In this document: in pieces, positions 9,790 through 18,743 of the stretch
Numbering within the stretch: position 1 is the first letter of the stretch
Layout of the letters: the number at the start of each line of letters is the position of its first letter
IMG/VR virus record: IMGVR_UViG_3300014818_000016
Coordinates: 1-39,054 of that record
DNA length: 39,054 bases
Strand: one strand, 5' to 3'
Source of the DNA: a virus
Taxonomy: Duplodnaviria; Caudoviricetes
Translations under genes and position numbers: made by a program
The notes under the pieces: generated by a model
Seen by the model: the letters and a program-made list of their open reading frames with translations, nothing else
What the model was told of the DNA's origin: nothing
Database searches by the model: none

Positions 9790-10226
9790 TGAAAGATTTT
9801 AGATACAATGCTATAGGTACAGTTGATTGTGATATTGATCATCCTGCATACGGCTGGATTCCTACGACACTAAGCGAAAAAGAGTCTCAAAAATTAATTG
9901 ATTCAGGCGTTGAAATAGCACCATACATTGAGCCAATCAAAACACTTGATCAATTGCAGCAAGAAGCGGTTGCGGCTATGGCATCAATTGTGGTTGCTGA
10001 ATGCAGAAGCGGAACTGGTAAGCTGTATTTTAGTGATTTGAATTCAGCTCAACGACACTCTAATGAACTAATCCAGACAGATGCAGAAATTAGAGCGCGT
10101 GCACTTCAGTTGCTTCAATGGGATATTGCTATCGATGCTTATGCGTTAGATGTTGTATTTAGCATTGAGCAGGGCGGCGAAGTGCCAACTCTTGAATCGT
10201 TTATTGCTGGATTGCCTAAGATATGA
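9789..10226 (+). CDS. Tail fibre assembly chaperone-like protein
   Basis: GTVDC.I.HP.YGWIP.T motif; follows fibre gene. Confidence 0.6.
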   Translation: MKDFRYNAIGTVDCDIDHPAYGWIPTTLSEKESQKLIDSGVEIAPYIEPIKTLDQLQQEAVAAMASIVVAECRSGTGKLYFSDLNSAQRHSNELIQTDAEIRARALQLLQWDIAIDAYALDVVFSIEQGGEVPTLESFIAGLPKI

Positions 10227-10591
10227 TTAAGATAATAAGGACTATATGGGCGGCCTCATGGCTGCTCGTAGGCGTGCTCTTAGCTGCAAGTGGAATGTCT
10301 GCATTCATGTTGTTTGTAGCCTTCCCCACTGGCGCTGTATTGGCTGTAAGTGGCTCTGAGTACTGGCATCATATCTGGATAGGCTTCGATAAGTTCGCTA
10401 ATGCTGTTTTAGGTGGTAGCCATCGAGAAACCATATCGAGCAGATTGGGTAAATCTACTCTATACGGATTCCCGCCAGTGTTCGGACATATTTGGATTGA
10501 TCGCTTAATTAGTTGGTGGTTACATCAGCTTGATAATAACCATGTTGCAAAGTCTATTAATTGGACTGTTGGATCAGCTCGGAAAGCTTAA
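10223..10591 (+). CDS. Conserved phage membrane protein
   Basis: Hydrophobic N-terminus; D...N..LGG...ETISSR.GK and D.NH...SI motifs. Confidence 0.6.
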   Translation: MIKIIRTIWAASWLLVGVLLAASGMSAFMLFVAFPTGAVLAVSGSEYWHHIWIGFDKFANAVLGGSHRETISSRLGKSTLYGFPPVFGHIWIDRLISWWLHQLDNNHVAKSINWTVGSARKA

Positions 10592-11147
10592 CTTTATATG
10601 TGGCCGCTATTTCCTTTAAATCCTCAATGGAGTATTTCTTGGGATTGTGCGGCCCCTCTATCCAGTCTACATTTTTAGCTCCAATCTTCTTGACTAACCC
10701 TATTCGGTAATCAATGGCATTGCCTGACTTATGGATATTGCAGTGCACGCATTGAATATGCACGTTCAACTCCTCAAACCTTAACTCAGGACATGCGCCA
10801 ACACTTCGATAGTGGCCAGCATGAATGCCAGAGCCGCCTATGTGGTCTGAGTAATTAGGCATTCGACCGCAACTAATGCACAAACTTCCTTTATCCCGCT
10901 CTCGAATGAACGCATTAAAAGCAATCTGAGCAGTCTTTGCGCATGCGCCTCGATTTTCAGCTTTGACTTTCTTTTTCAAGTCGGTGTTGCGCTTCTTGAT
11001 GGCCTTAGCTTCTTTGGCTTCTCGCTTAGATTTTTCATAATCAGCCAAGCACTTAAAGCTAGCAAATCTATTCTCACTAAGTCGGTCTTTACACTCTTTG
11101 ATGGGCGGCAACTCAACCAAGCAGCCGCATTTACACTTACGAGGCAT
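10557..11147 (-). CDS. ninG: NinG/Rap-like recombination endonuclease
   Basis: AQ.AFN.FIR.RD, CISCG, HAGHYRS.GA.PELRF.E.N.H.QC..CN..KSGN. Start set at ATG 11147. Confidence 0.9.
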   Translation of the reverse strand: MPRKCKCGCLVELPPIKECKDRLSENRFASFKCLADYEKSKREAKEAKAIKKRNTDLKKKVKAENRGACAKTAQIAFNAFIRERDKGSLCISCGRMPNYSDHIGGSGIHAGHYRSVGACPELRFEELNVHIQCVHCNIHKSGNAIDYRIGLVKKIGAKNVDWIEGPHNPKKYSIEDLKEIAATYKVKLSELIQQSN

Positions 11148-11349
11148 TTGATTTTCCAAGTATCGCTGCCATCGCCTCTGGGAACTTATCGGAAGCAGTA
11201 TTGAAGTCATTATAAGCCTTGTTTAGTTTGTCTTGCCTTTGGGCAAACGACCCATCCCCACCACTCCACAAAGCTTTCTCGCATCGCCTAACAATCTTTC
11301 TGGCGTTGCTTCTTTCTCTAATTACACTTAGGGCTTCTTTTCTATTCAT
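11137..11349 (-). CDS. Hypothetical protein
   Basis: 70-aa ORF tightly packed in the operon with RBS ggag. Confidence 0.6.
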   Translation of the reverse strand: MNRKEALSVIRERSNARKIVRRCEKALWSGGDGSFAQRQDKLNKAYNDFNTASDKFPEAMAAILGKSNAS

Positions 11350-11522
11350 ACTCTACTCCCCTTAAACTCCATTCGCTTAGCCGCACTCTCGGCATTGCCT
11401 CTGCCCGTTATTATATCGCCACCTGGCACTGCAAATCGTTCTGGTCTATGTAAGTCACCTTCTTTACCGCTCAGCCCGATAAATACCAGGGTTGTACTAC
11501 CTACTGTTACGTTAGTGCTCAT
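11346..11522 (-). CDS. Small protein, possibly DUF1317-like (58 aa; not in ORF track)
   Basis: MSTNVTVGSTTLVF...AVPGGDII....AESAAKRM; overlaps both neighbours by 4 nt. Confidence 0.55.
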   Translation of the reverse strand: MSTNVTVGSTTLVFIGLSGKEGDLHRPERFAVPGGDIITGRGNAESAAKRMEFKGSRV

Positions 11523-11743
11523 GATTTAGCATCCAATAAATTACCTAATATATTTTCTAGCAGCTTATCGCTTCGGTAGTGCGGGTTTGCGTCCAAAGCA
11601 TCAGCGGCATCCCTTAAGCACTGAGCAGCTCCACCAATTGTGCGCTTATGCTGAAATTCACCAATGGCCTTTGCATTTATTCGCACTTCGTAGTCGTCAA
11701 ATTCTTGCGTATCGTCTTTTGTTACGTTTACTATTGCTAACAT
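11519..11743 (-). CDS. Hypothetical protein
   Basis: 74-aa ORF with RBS aagga. Confidence 0.65.
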   Translation of the reverse strand: MLAIVNVTKDDTQEFDDYEVRINAKAIGEFQHKRTIGGAAQCLRDAADALDANPHYRSDKLLENILGNLLDAKS

Positions 11744-11759
11744 GATTAATAATCCTTTC

Positions 11760-12428
11760 TTACAGCTTTATTTCAAATAATTTATTAGCAAAGTACGCGC
11801 AGCCTTTGATTGTCATTCTTGTCTGCGTATATGCGTGCTCACTCTCAGATATGCCTGTATGGGTAACAAATAGACCCATATCGATATATTTCTGAGCTGC
11901 TCGACCGTTTAGGCACAAGTACCCATTACCTCTCAGCCACTCACCAAACTTAATCGGTCGCTGATTTATCTTCTTGGCCGCGTCACGGGTTGAGAATGTA
12001 TGAGTGCTATTTACTACAGTGTCGTGAAATTCAACTTTAGGCGCTGCAATGGCTAACTGTTCGGCCTGCTCTTCTGCAACCTGAGCAAGTCGACCAGCTT
12101 CGATTAATGCTGCTGCGTAGGTTTGGGGTATCTGCGCAGTGTCGAGAGCTTTAATCTTCTCAATAACCTTACGCCTAACCGATTTGGATTCTCGCATACC
12201 GACTAACATGCACTGCTCATTAGTAAGCCAATAGAAAGTTGTTTCCGTTTTGTTCGGATTTTGCACTACGAAGCTTTCGTAGTAGTCACCCTCAAGCTCA
12301 TCAGCTACACGATTATGAAAATCATTCATTCTAGGTAGTGATTCGCTGAATTCTTTTCTTGCACCGCAAACCATATAGAAAAGGTCTTCGCTGCTTATTT
12401 TGTTAGTATTGGATTGAATAATATTCAT
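11760..12428 (-). CDS. ant: Phage antirepressor (Rha-like N-terminus, KilAC C-terminus)
   Basis: QC.LVGMRESK.VRR, IPQTYAAAL, AAPKVEF.D and TQTRMT.KG motifs. Confidence 0.85.
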   Translation of the reverse strand: MNIIQSNTNKISSEDLFYMVCGARKEFSESLPRMNDFHNRVADELEGDYYESFVVQNPNKTETTFYWLTNEQCMLVGMRESKSVRRKVIEKIKALDTAQIPQTYAAALIEAGRLAQVAEEQAEQLAIAAPKVEFHDTVVNSTHTFSTRDAAKKINQRPIKFGEWLRGNGYLCLNGRAAQKYIDMGLFVTHTGISESEHAYTQTRMTIKGCAYFANKLFEIKL

Positions 12429-12453
12429 ATCGCAATTCTCCAGTTAAGAATTA

Positions 12454-12528
12454 TCAGTAAGATTTGAAGTGGAAGCTGGTTACTGAGGCCAGTTTTCACC
12501 CGCTAAGGCTATCCACTCGCTTACTATA
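12454..12528 (-). ncRNA. Structured leader RNA upstream of ant (C4-antisense-like), with -10 TATAGT
   Basis: Outer stem AGUGGA/UCCACU encloses two hairpins (loops UUAGCG and CCUCAGUAA); UUACUGA downstream is complementary to the second loop. Confidence 0.6.
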
Positions 12529-12599
12529 CACACTCCGACAGATTAATCTATTCACTAATTCGCTCGTTGGTTTCATGGTAAGTGAGCGTTTTTGTGTCA

Positions 12600-13040
12600 T
12601 TAGAAAAACGACATCAACCTAGTTAAGGTCTGCTCATCACTAGACCTGAATATATTGCTCATAGCCGCCTGTATTAGCGCGTTATAGCATTGTTCGAACT
12701 CTTCTTGATCCATGCTAGTAAATGACAGTGATTTAGCCTCCAGGATAAAATCAACTTTATTTATATTCCATACCTGGTCAAAGTAACCAGCATTAACAGT
12801 TAACTGTTTTCTGAATGAGTCGAATTGCACCGACTCATGCTGGCATTCATTACCACCAGCCCAATGCTCAAAGCAAAACTGAAAGAAAGCGAATACTTTT
12901 CCATGAAATGCTTGATTCCTTGGCAGCTTAATATCAACAGGAAATTGACAGCCAGTCTTGAATTTAAGCATCTTCTCGGCTGTATAGTCATCGGCAGGCA
13001 TTAGCAATCCGCCTGCCTGCTTTATGAATTCGAGTTTCAC
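12600..13040 (-). CDS. DUF1367-family (NinB-like) protein
   Basis: K...G.L.P, RN..FH.K.FA.F.F.FE.W and AKSLSF.SMD.EEF...Y motifs. Confidence 0.8.
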   Translation of the reverse strand: MKLEFIKQAGGLLMPADDYTAEKMLKFKTGCQFPVDIKLPRNQAFHGKVFAFFQFCFEHWAGGNECQHESVQFDSFRKQLTVNAGYFDQVWNINKVDFILEAKSLSFTSMDQEEFEQCYNALIQAAMSNIFRSSDEQTLTRLMSFF

Positions 13041-13519
13041 GACTGTTCCAGCTCTATGGCTCGCTCAATCGACTGGATAGCCTCCTTCATATCCTGAATC
13101 GTATCCTTAACACCTCGTTGGCCTGGTGCAAGCATCTTCTTTAGTGCGTGCTGCATTGCTGGATTAGTCACGCCGAACGCCAGTAAAACATCGTAAACAT
13201 CAACAAATACACCGCTCTTAATCTCTCGATGATATTTTGATTTATTACGCTCTAGCTCCTCATAATGCTCACCGTCATTTCCATTCTGCCCAATGATATT
13301 TATACGGCTATCTGGCTTAATCTCTGGGCGCATTTCGATTAGTTCGAATTCTCCAATGGTAGTCATTCCACGCTGGAATTTAGTACTACCATTACTCATC
13401 TTAAAAAATCCGACCTCAGCATAGCGCTTTGCATTCGCCCAGTATCTAAAGCACTGCATGCCAATAATCCTATCAGCCCACTCTGGCGCACTATCCCAGT
13501 CTATATTTGATTCACTCAT
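13037..13519 (-). CDS. Conserved phage protein (DUF3310-like C-terminus)
   Basis: DVYDVL.AF.VTNPA.QHA.KK.L..G.RG.KD..QD..EA motif; N-terminal IDW..APEWA. Confidence 0.65.
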   Translation of the reverse strand: MSESNIDWDSAPEWADRIIGMQCFRYWANAKRYAEVGFFKMSNGSTKFQRGMTTIGEFELIEMRPEIKPDSRINIIGQNGNDGEHYEELERNKSKYHREIKSGVFVDVYDVLLAFGVTNPAMQHALKKMLAPGQRGVKDTIQDMKEAIQSIERAIELEQS

Positions 13520-13522
13520 TTT

Positions 13523-13864
13523 CTATTCCTTATCTGTTTCGGCTAGGGCTTTGTGTGCTTCGTACACGTATGAGGTCTTGACCTCTGACCAACCTCCTAC
13601 TGATGTTGAATTATCAACAATATCCTGTAAGGCCGCCCTTAGTGCCTTGTTCTGCTCTACTAGTGCGTCGTATGCGTTGATGGCATGAGCGGCAGCTTCG
13701 GCCATTTCGTTTGCTTCTTCAAGAGAGTTTTCACCTCTAAAATCAGCTAAGAAAAAATCATTATCGGCAAGCTCGGTGCACTGAATGCCCGTTAGGTCTT
13801 TGCTAGATGCGCACTCCATTGGCAAGTGAAACACATCACTCATCTTAATATCACTCATCATCAC
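13523..13864 (-). CDS. Hypothetical phage protein
   Basis: MKMSDVF.LP...AAHAIN.YD.L pattern; operon packing. Confidence 0.65.
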   Translation of the reverse strand: MMMSDIKMSDVFHLPMECASSKDLTGIQCTELADNDFFLADFRGENSLEEANEMAEAAAHAINAYDALVEQNKALRAALQDIVDNSTSVGGWSEVKTSYVYEAHKALAETDKE

Positions 13865-14114
13865 TCACCTTATCTAGTTCAGCTAGTAGGGCTTTGGCAT
13901 ACGAAACAGCAGTTGAAGCCACTGTTTTGGAGTCATGCGCCCAAGTCCCGTCTTCATCTTGAGCAGTGACCAAGCCCTGCATAGCCAAGCCTGCGAAGTG
14001 CTCCAGCTTTGTTAGGCCATTACTAACATGGAATCGCCCACCACCTTCCATTAATTCGTCTACATGAGTATCTATTACTGCTGTCGGCATAGCTGGCATA
14101 TCTGCATTATTCAT
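13851..14114 (-). CDS. Conserved phage protein
   Basis: N.DMPAMP...GLTK.EHFAGLAMQGL...AV..A.ALL.EL motif. Confidence 0.7.
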   Translation of the reverse strand: MNNADMPAMPTAVIDTHVDELMEGGGRFHVSNGLTKLEHFAGLAMQGLVTAQDEDGTWAHDSKTVASTAVSYAKALLAELDKVSDDE

Positions 14115-14232
14115 GGCTTAGTCCTTTCTTAATCAATTCGCGAACTGCTAACGAGAAATTACCTTCAAAATGCAAATCCGCATAAGCCTGAATCTCACTA
14201 GTAAGTGATTTAAAATCTATAACCTTCTTCAT
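14107..14232 (-). CDS. 41-aa ribbon-helix-helix-like regulator (not in ORF track)
   Basis: MKKVIDFKSLTSEIQAYADLHFEGNFSLAVRELIKKGLSHE; RBS aaggag; own promoter. Confidence 0.65.
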   Translation of the reverse strand: MKKVIDFKSLTSEIQAYADLHFEGNFSLAVRELIKKGLSHE

Positions 14233-14260
14233 GGTCGCTCCTTTTGTTTAAGATATGCTG

Positions 14261-14292
14261 AGTATATACGCAACATATCAGCTTGCAACATA
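14261..14292 (-). promoter_or_regulatory. Sigma70-like promoter overlapped by a direct repeat (candidate operator)
   Basis: TTGCAA-16-TATACT on minus strand; GCAACATA at 14270 and 14285. Confidence 0.55.
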
Positions 14293-14310
14293 AACTTGAG
14301 TTATTTTAGT

Positions 14311-15600
14311 TTAGCCTTGAAAATCGTATTGCTGCTTAATGTCTTTGACTCGGAAATATTGCATTTCCCCTAGCGTTCTAATGGTTCCTGTTTCGCCATC
14401 GCGCGACTTGCCTATGATTAGCTCTAGAACTCCTTTGTCTGGCGTATCTTCGTCATAGTACTCTTCACGGTGGCATAGAATAATGCCGTCAGAATCAGCC
14501 TCCATCCCTCCAGAACCCTTGATGTCTTTAACAATAGGTCTGCGCTCTGCTGCTGGTCGCTTTAGGTAGTCACGGTTTAACTGAACAAGCGCTATGACTG
14601 GAATATTCATTTCCTTGGCAAAGCCTTTTAGAGCCTTAGTGATCAATGCCAGCTCTTGAACTTCCATTCCACGGTTGTAATTCATCAACTGAACATAATC
14701 AACAATCAAGCAGCCTCTGCTTTCATCTCGATATACCTCCTGCTGATTAAACCAGGCTCTAGCTCTTAGAATGATATCCTGCACACCTACGCTAGAATCT
14801 TCATCGATCATTACGTTGTGATTCATAATCGCACTTACGCCAGTGGCTAACTCTGCTGTGAAATTACCCATTTCCTGATCTGGTCGCTTAAACATCTTGC
14901 CTGGTACTGATCCAGCGCTTTGTATCATTCGCTTGGCGACTTCTGTTGCTTTCATTTCTATGGATGAGAAGAAGGTAGGCACCTTGGTTTTAGCTTGCGA
15001 CTCGATAAACTTTTGAGCAACTGTAGTCTTGCCCATACCACTTTGGCCGCCCAACAAATACAGCTTCCCGCCTTCGAAAGGCATTTTTTCGTTAAGCTCA
15101 TCTATTCCAGAATCGTAAACCATGCCTTTTCCATTAGCTCTTTCGTCTACATCATCAAGTAAATGCTTAACTGCTGCGCCTAGCGTGAATTGCGTTTTAC
15201 GTCCGTGTGAGCGATTTAGGTCTGAAAGCCTAGCGCTAGCATCACCTACAATGTCTTTAAGCTCAGAGCCTTGGTTTATCGCCTCATGTATGTCATTTGC
15301 AAGCTGTATTAGTTTAACTTTGTTAGATTCTTGCTTTAGTAGCTTTGCATAGGCTGGAGCGTTATCAGGACTTACGCAGTCAAAGCTAATTTCTGATAGT
15401 TGGTTTACCTCAATTCCTGTTTTGTCAGAAATAGTGAAAACATCAGCCTCAGCTCCAAGTTTCTTTACGGCTTGGAATACTGTCTTTGCTGGCGGAGTTA
15501 AAAAATCATCATCGGATAAAATACCTTGAACCTTGGTTATTAATTCAGGTGAGTCGAGTAATGCCCCAATAACTTGGCGTTCTGCTTCGTTGGTAATCAT
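14311..15600 (-). CDS. dnaB: DnaB-like replicative helicase
   Basis: Walker A GQSGMGKT, FSIEM, IVDYVQLM, ALVQLNR, K.R.GE.G. Confidence 0.95.
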   Translation of the reverse strand: MITNEAERQVIGALLDSPELITKVQGILSDDDFLTPPAKTVFQAVKKLGAEADVFTISDKTGIEVNQLSEISFDCVSPDNAPAYAKLLKQESNKVKLIQLANDIHEAINQGSELKDIVGDASARLSDLNRSHGRKTQFTLGAAVKHLLDDVDERANGKGMVYDSGIDELNEKMPFEGGKLYLLGGQSGMGKTTVAQKFIESQAKTKVPTFFSSIEMKATEVAKRMIQSAGSVPGKMFKRPDQEMGNFTAELATGVSAIMNHNVMIDEDSSVGVQDIILRARAWFNQQEVYRDESRGCLIVDYVQLMNYNRGMEVQELALITKALKGFAKEMNIPVIALVQLNRDYLKRPAAERRPIVKDIKGSGGMEADSDGIILCHREEYYDEDTPDKGVLELIIGKSRDGETGTIRTLGEMQYFRVKDIKQQYDFQG

Positions 15601-15971
15601 AGTGAATCTCTTAAATCTTTTAGAATCTTGTGAGCTTGTTCGCGCTGCTCATCGGTTGCTGGCGGCTTATTTTCGCAGACTAACAGCTTGTGCTCTGGTC
15701 TAGTATTGGTTTTCTCAGGCTTGCACCATTTTAAGAATTCGCCAGTACTCGGCATAAACGGGCTATCATTTCGCCTAACCTCAGCCAAGCCTTTTAAGAC
15801 TTGATCAGGTGTGGTTATTCCGTTTTCCATGAAGGTAAGGGCTAAAGCCTCTTTGTACGCGTTCACATCATCGTTTGTTTTGAATCCTCCACGCCAAGAC
15901 GGTTTCGCCCCGCACAAAGATTTAAAAACATGGTTAATCAGTGCTGCTGCTTCTGGTGAAATATTATTCAT
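15597..15971 (-). CDS. Lambda P-like replication protein
   Basis: F.ENGIT...QV..GL...R....PF.PS.GEF..WC motif; between initiator and helicase. Confidence 0.8.
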   Translation of the reverse strand: MNNISPEAAALINHVFKSLCGAKPSWRGGFKTNDDVNAYKEALALTFMENGITTPDQVLKGLAEVRRNDSPFMPSTGEFLKWCKPEKTNTRPEHKLLVCENKPPATDEQREQAHKILKDLRDSL

Positions 15972-16638
15972 GACCTAAAGCCTTTTGTTGATTAGGAAGA
16001 TATGCTGGCTGCATGTTATTTGCCCAGCTTGTGTCGTCTTGCTGGATTGGTTGCGGTGCAGGCTGAGAGTAATTATTCTTTAGCCAGTTTGATACCGCTG
16101 ATTTCCAAACTTTCATTTGGTTGCGGCCAACTTTCCAGCCATTAGATTCATAGTGATTAAAAAACCTTTCTGCTTGATCCTGATTACTTCCTTTTGATTC
16201 AAAGTGAGAAATCAATTCTTGTGGTGTCGGCTTTATAAATCTCTTACTGCCACCATCACTCTTACTATCACTCTTACTATCACTCTTACTATCACTCTTA
16301 CTATCACTCTTACTATCACTATCGGCTTTTTTGGCTTTGTTTGGGTTATTAATTAACCCAGTGGGTTCTTTTGGGTTAGGCTGGCTTTTAGGCCTACCAC
16401 CCTTGGAGCCGTTGTTTTTATTACGAATTACTGCATCTTGGTACTTTTTTTCATCTCTGGCAAACTGGTTTTTGAATGATGAAAAAGCCACTCTTACAAG
16501 TGGTGAAAGTGCCAACTCCTCACTTTTATGGTGAGCCTTAATTGCCTTGAATAACTGCCCAGCTTCTTCATCTGATAGTTCATTTAATATTTCCAAACTG
16601 TCAAAATGAAGCAAAAATGACGTTCTTTGTTTTGCCAT
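15964..16638 (-). CDS. Replication initiator (O-like, DUF6291-type N-terminus)
   Basis: SF.L.......L.DEEAGQLFKAI, NG.KGGRP and F..HY.SNGWKVG.N.MK.W motifs; internal repeats. Confidence 0.85.
   Translation of the reverse strand: MAKQRTSFLLHFDSLEILNELSDEEAGQLFKAIKAHHKSEELALSPLVRVAFSSFKNQFARDEKKYQDAVIRNKNNGSKGGRPKSQPNPKEPTGLINNPNKAKKADSDSKSDSKSDSKSDSKSDSKSDGGSKRFIKPTPQELISHFESKGSNQDQAERFFNHYESNGWKVGRNQMKVWKSAVSNWLKNNYSQPAPQPIQQDDTSWANNMQPAYLPNQQKALGHE
16255..16320. repeat. 12-bp tandem repeat ATCACTCTTACT x5.5 (encodes DSKS); candidate iterons/origin
   Basis: Perfect copies at 16255, 16267, 16279, 16291, 16303 plus a half copy. Confidence 0.9.
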
Positions 16639-16692
16639 GTTATAATAACCTTGTTAATTATTGCGTTAGTCCTGTTAGCCGCAGGACTGATT

Positions 16693-16875
16693 CTAAAAAA
16701 CTCGCTTCATGTGCTCTTCAAAGCATCGCTTTTGATCTTTTTCAATATTAATTCTATCAATATGAGTTTGTAGGACTTTGTTGATTAGGTTGTTTAGGCT
16801 TCGATTATCATTCTTCGCTTCAACCTTTAGGCTTTCGATTAGACTCGGGTCGAGTCGCATTGTTGTGGCTTGCAT
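16693..16875 (-). CDS. Arc-like ribbon-helix-helix DNA-binding protein
   Basis: TTMRLDPSL...LK.EA....RSLN..I...L. Confidence 0.8.
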   Translation of the reverse strand: MQATTMRLDPSLIESLKVEAKNDNRSLNNLINKVLQTHIDRINIEKDQKRCFEEHMKRVF

Positions 16876-16954
16876 TGCTTTAACTCCTAATTAGCTAGGC
16901 TTAGATAATACTACATTACAACCAATGTGCAACCACTTTATCAAATTACAGACC

Positions 16955-16978
16955 AAAAAAAGCCTCAATGAAGAGGCT
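16955..16978 (-). terminator. Rho-independent terminator
   Basis: AGCCTC-ttcatt-GAGGCT followed by a T-run on the minus strand. Confidence 0.8.
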
Positions 16979-17014
16979 AGGGTGTGGGTTAGTTCCAAAA
17001 CGGAACCAACCAAA

Positions 17015-17212
17015 TTAATAAACTCTAAAAGCTTCCTGCTGCTCCTTACTCATCGCCTGCCATTTAGCCAGCGCTGCATAGTCTCGCATTGGTCTAAATT
17101 GCTGGGGCTTAGGCTCTAAGTCTTTACGGCGCAAGAATAGCGGGCCACAGTATCGGTGCCATTCAAAATAGATATGCTTGAATTGATAGGCTGCGTTTAT
17201 TGATATATGCAT
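17015..17212 (-). CDS. Hypothetical protein
   Basis: 65 aa, FEWH.YCGP.FLR; coupled to upstream gene. Confidence 0.6.
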   Translation of the reverse strand: MHISINAAYQFKHIYFEWHRYCGPLFLRRKDLEPKPQQFRPMRDYAALAKWQAMSKEQQEAFRVY

Positions 17213-17559
17213 TACCCCTCCTTAATACGGTTTGCGTGGTTAATATTTATAGCCTCGGTTAAATCAATAAGCCACTCCTCAAAATGCCCGCCAGCTAAAA
17301 TACTATCCCATTCTGCAACCTCACCATTTTGATGAAGGCCAGCCACGCCAGTTGAGTTGTCAATTAAATCAATAACCGAATTAAGTGCGCTTTCATACTT
17401 AGCAAGATTAGCCCGCAGCTCATCGTTCTGTTTTTGCAACGCCTCATAATCAGCAATAACCGTGTCAATGGCCTTGCCTAGTTCAGTAGGGTTTAGCATT
17501 TCGATATCAGTACCTCTGCGCCATTTGTTGTGATGCTTTAGGGTTTCAATTGGGTTCAT
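17212..17559 (-). CDS. Hypothetical protein
   Basis: L..HN.WRRG...P.ELG.AID and S.GV.GLH.NG.VA.W phage motifs. Confidence 0.65.
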   Translation of the reverse strand: MNPIETLKHHNKWRRGTDIEMLNPTELGKAIDTVIADYEALQKQNDELRANLAKYESALNSVIDLIDNSTGVAGLHQNGEVAEWDSILAGGHFEEWLIDLTEAININHANRIKEG

Positions 17560-18537
17560 TTATAAATCCTTTTTACTTTGGAGTGAGTTGAATATGTGGG
17601 CGATTACATCGACCGTCCATCCATTCCCGAGCATCTTATAGCGCTGAGTGTTGCTTACGTGGTTGGTGTAGTTGTCATTAACGCACTGGAGTCTTTCACA
17701 CTCGACAGGTGTAAGTTTTCTGTATCCAAGCTCGTCAATAATTTTAGGCATGTGAGAGGTAGTTACCGTATACGTCTTTTGGGCATCTTTAAAAACAAGG
17801 CGGCCAAGCTCAGAAATCCCAGACTTTCGACAATCACCCTTGTGCGGGCGAACTCCATCGCTATTTATTGTAATGTCAACGCATCTTGGGTTTATGCTCG
17901 CAAGCTCAAAAATTAACTGTCGGCGGTGCTTCTCAAAGTAAGATTTTAAGTTGCCACCTTTGAAATAATTAGCGTCAATACAGAATGACTTATCTCTATC
18001 AGTAATACCTTCGTCAATAATATCAGCAAGCATTATATTTTTGTCTGCCGGTGCCATAAACTCCCAGTTAGCCCAGTAGTAGCGCTGGCGATTTTGGGCG
18101 CTAACCAATGCAGAGTTAATAAATACAGGCTCAACACCTAACAGGTTAGAGATAACGTCTAAATATTCCTTTTTCATCTTCACATTTTCGAGCATGAATT
18201 TAACGTTAGGATTAACCGCCTTAATATGGCTTAAGATGTTAAGGTACTCAAAAAATAAAGCGCTGCGAGGATCATTAAACGCAAGCTGCTTGCCCGCAAA
18301 ACTAAACCCCTGGCAAGGTGAGCCGCCAATTAATAAATCAATACTAGACCAGTCAATATCCCACTCGCGCCACTTTGTTACATCACCCAGCTGCACTGTA
18401 TCGGGCCAGTTAGCCTGAGTTACTGTTATAGCGTACTTATCCAGCTCGCTAGCGTAGTAGTTCTCTACGTTAAACCCTGCGCGTTCTGCTGCTATTCTGC
18501 CGCATGACATGCCGTCAAATAGTGATAATATATTCAT
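17560..18537 (-). CDS. DNA (cytosine-5) methyltransferase
   Basis: Motif I LSLFDGMSCG, catalytic GGSPCQGFS, ENV, Q.R.R.YW, R.LTP.ECERLQ, YK.LGNGW. Confidence 0.95.
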   Translation of the reverse strand: MNILSLFDGMSCGRIAAERAGFNVENYYASELDKYAITVTQANWPDTVQLGDVTKWREWDIDWSSIDLLIGGSPCQGFSFAGKQLAFNDPRSALFFEYLNILSHIKAVNPNVKFMLENVKMKKEYLDVISNLLGVEPVFINSALVSAQNRQRYYWANWEFMAPADKNIMLADIIDEGITDRDKSFCIDANYFKGGNLKSYFEKHRRQLIFELASINPRCVDITINSDGVRPHKGDCRKSGISELGRLVFKDAQKTYTVTTSHMPKIIDELGYRKLTPVECERLQCVNDNYTNHVSNTQRYKMLGNGWTVDVIAHIFNSLQSKKDL

Positions 18538-18743
18538 TCCCCTTTCCCCTCTAGTGAGTTGTTAAGCTTGGCTTGGTAATGCTCTGAAAGTCCGTCAATG
18601 CGATTTCTAAGCTCTTTCAGTTCTTTGCTGAATGATTCTTCAAGGTCGGTGCCTCGAACGTCTACGACCCATTGTGAGGTCTGGCGTAAACCAGCCTCGC
18701 GTTTGCGGTCGTTCATTTGTGCTGTGCTTGATTTATTTGTCAT
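18534..18743 (-). CDS. Hypothetical protein
   Basis: 69 aa, R.REAGLR....WV; operon overlap. Confidence 0.55.
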   Translation of the reverse strand: MTNKSSTAQMNDRKREAGLRQTSQWVVDVRGTDLEESFSKELKELRNRIDGLSEHYQAKLNNSLEGKGE

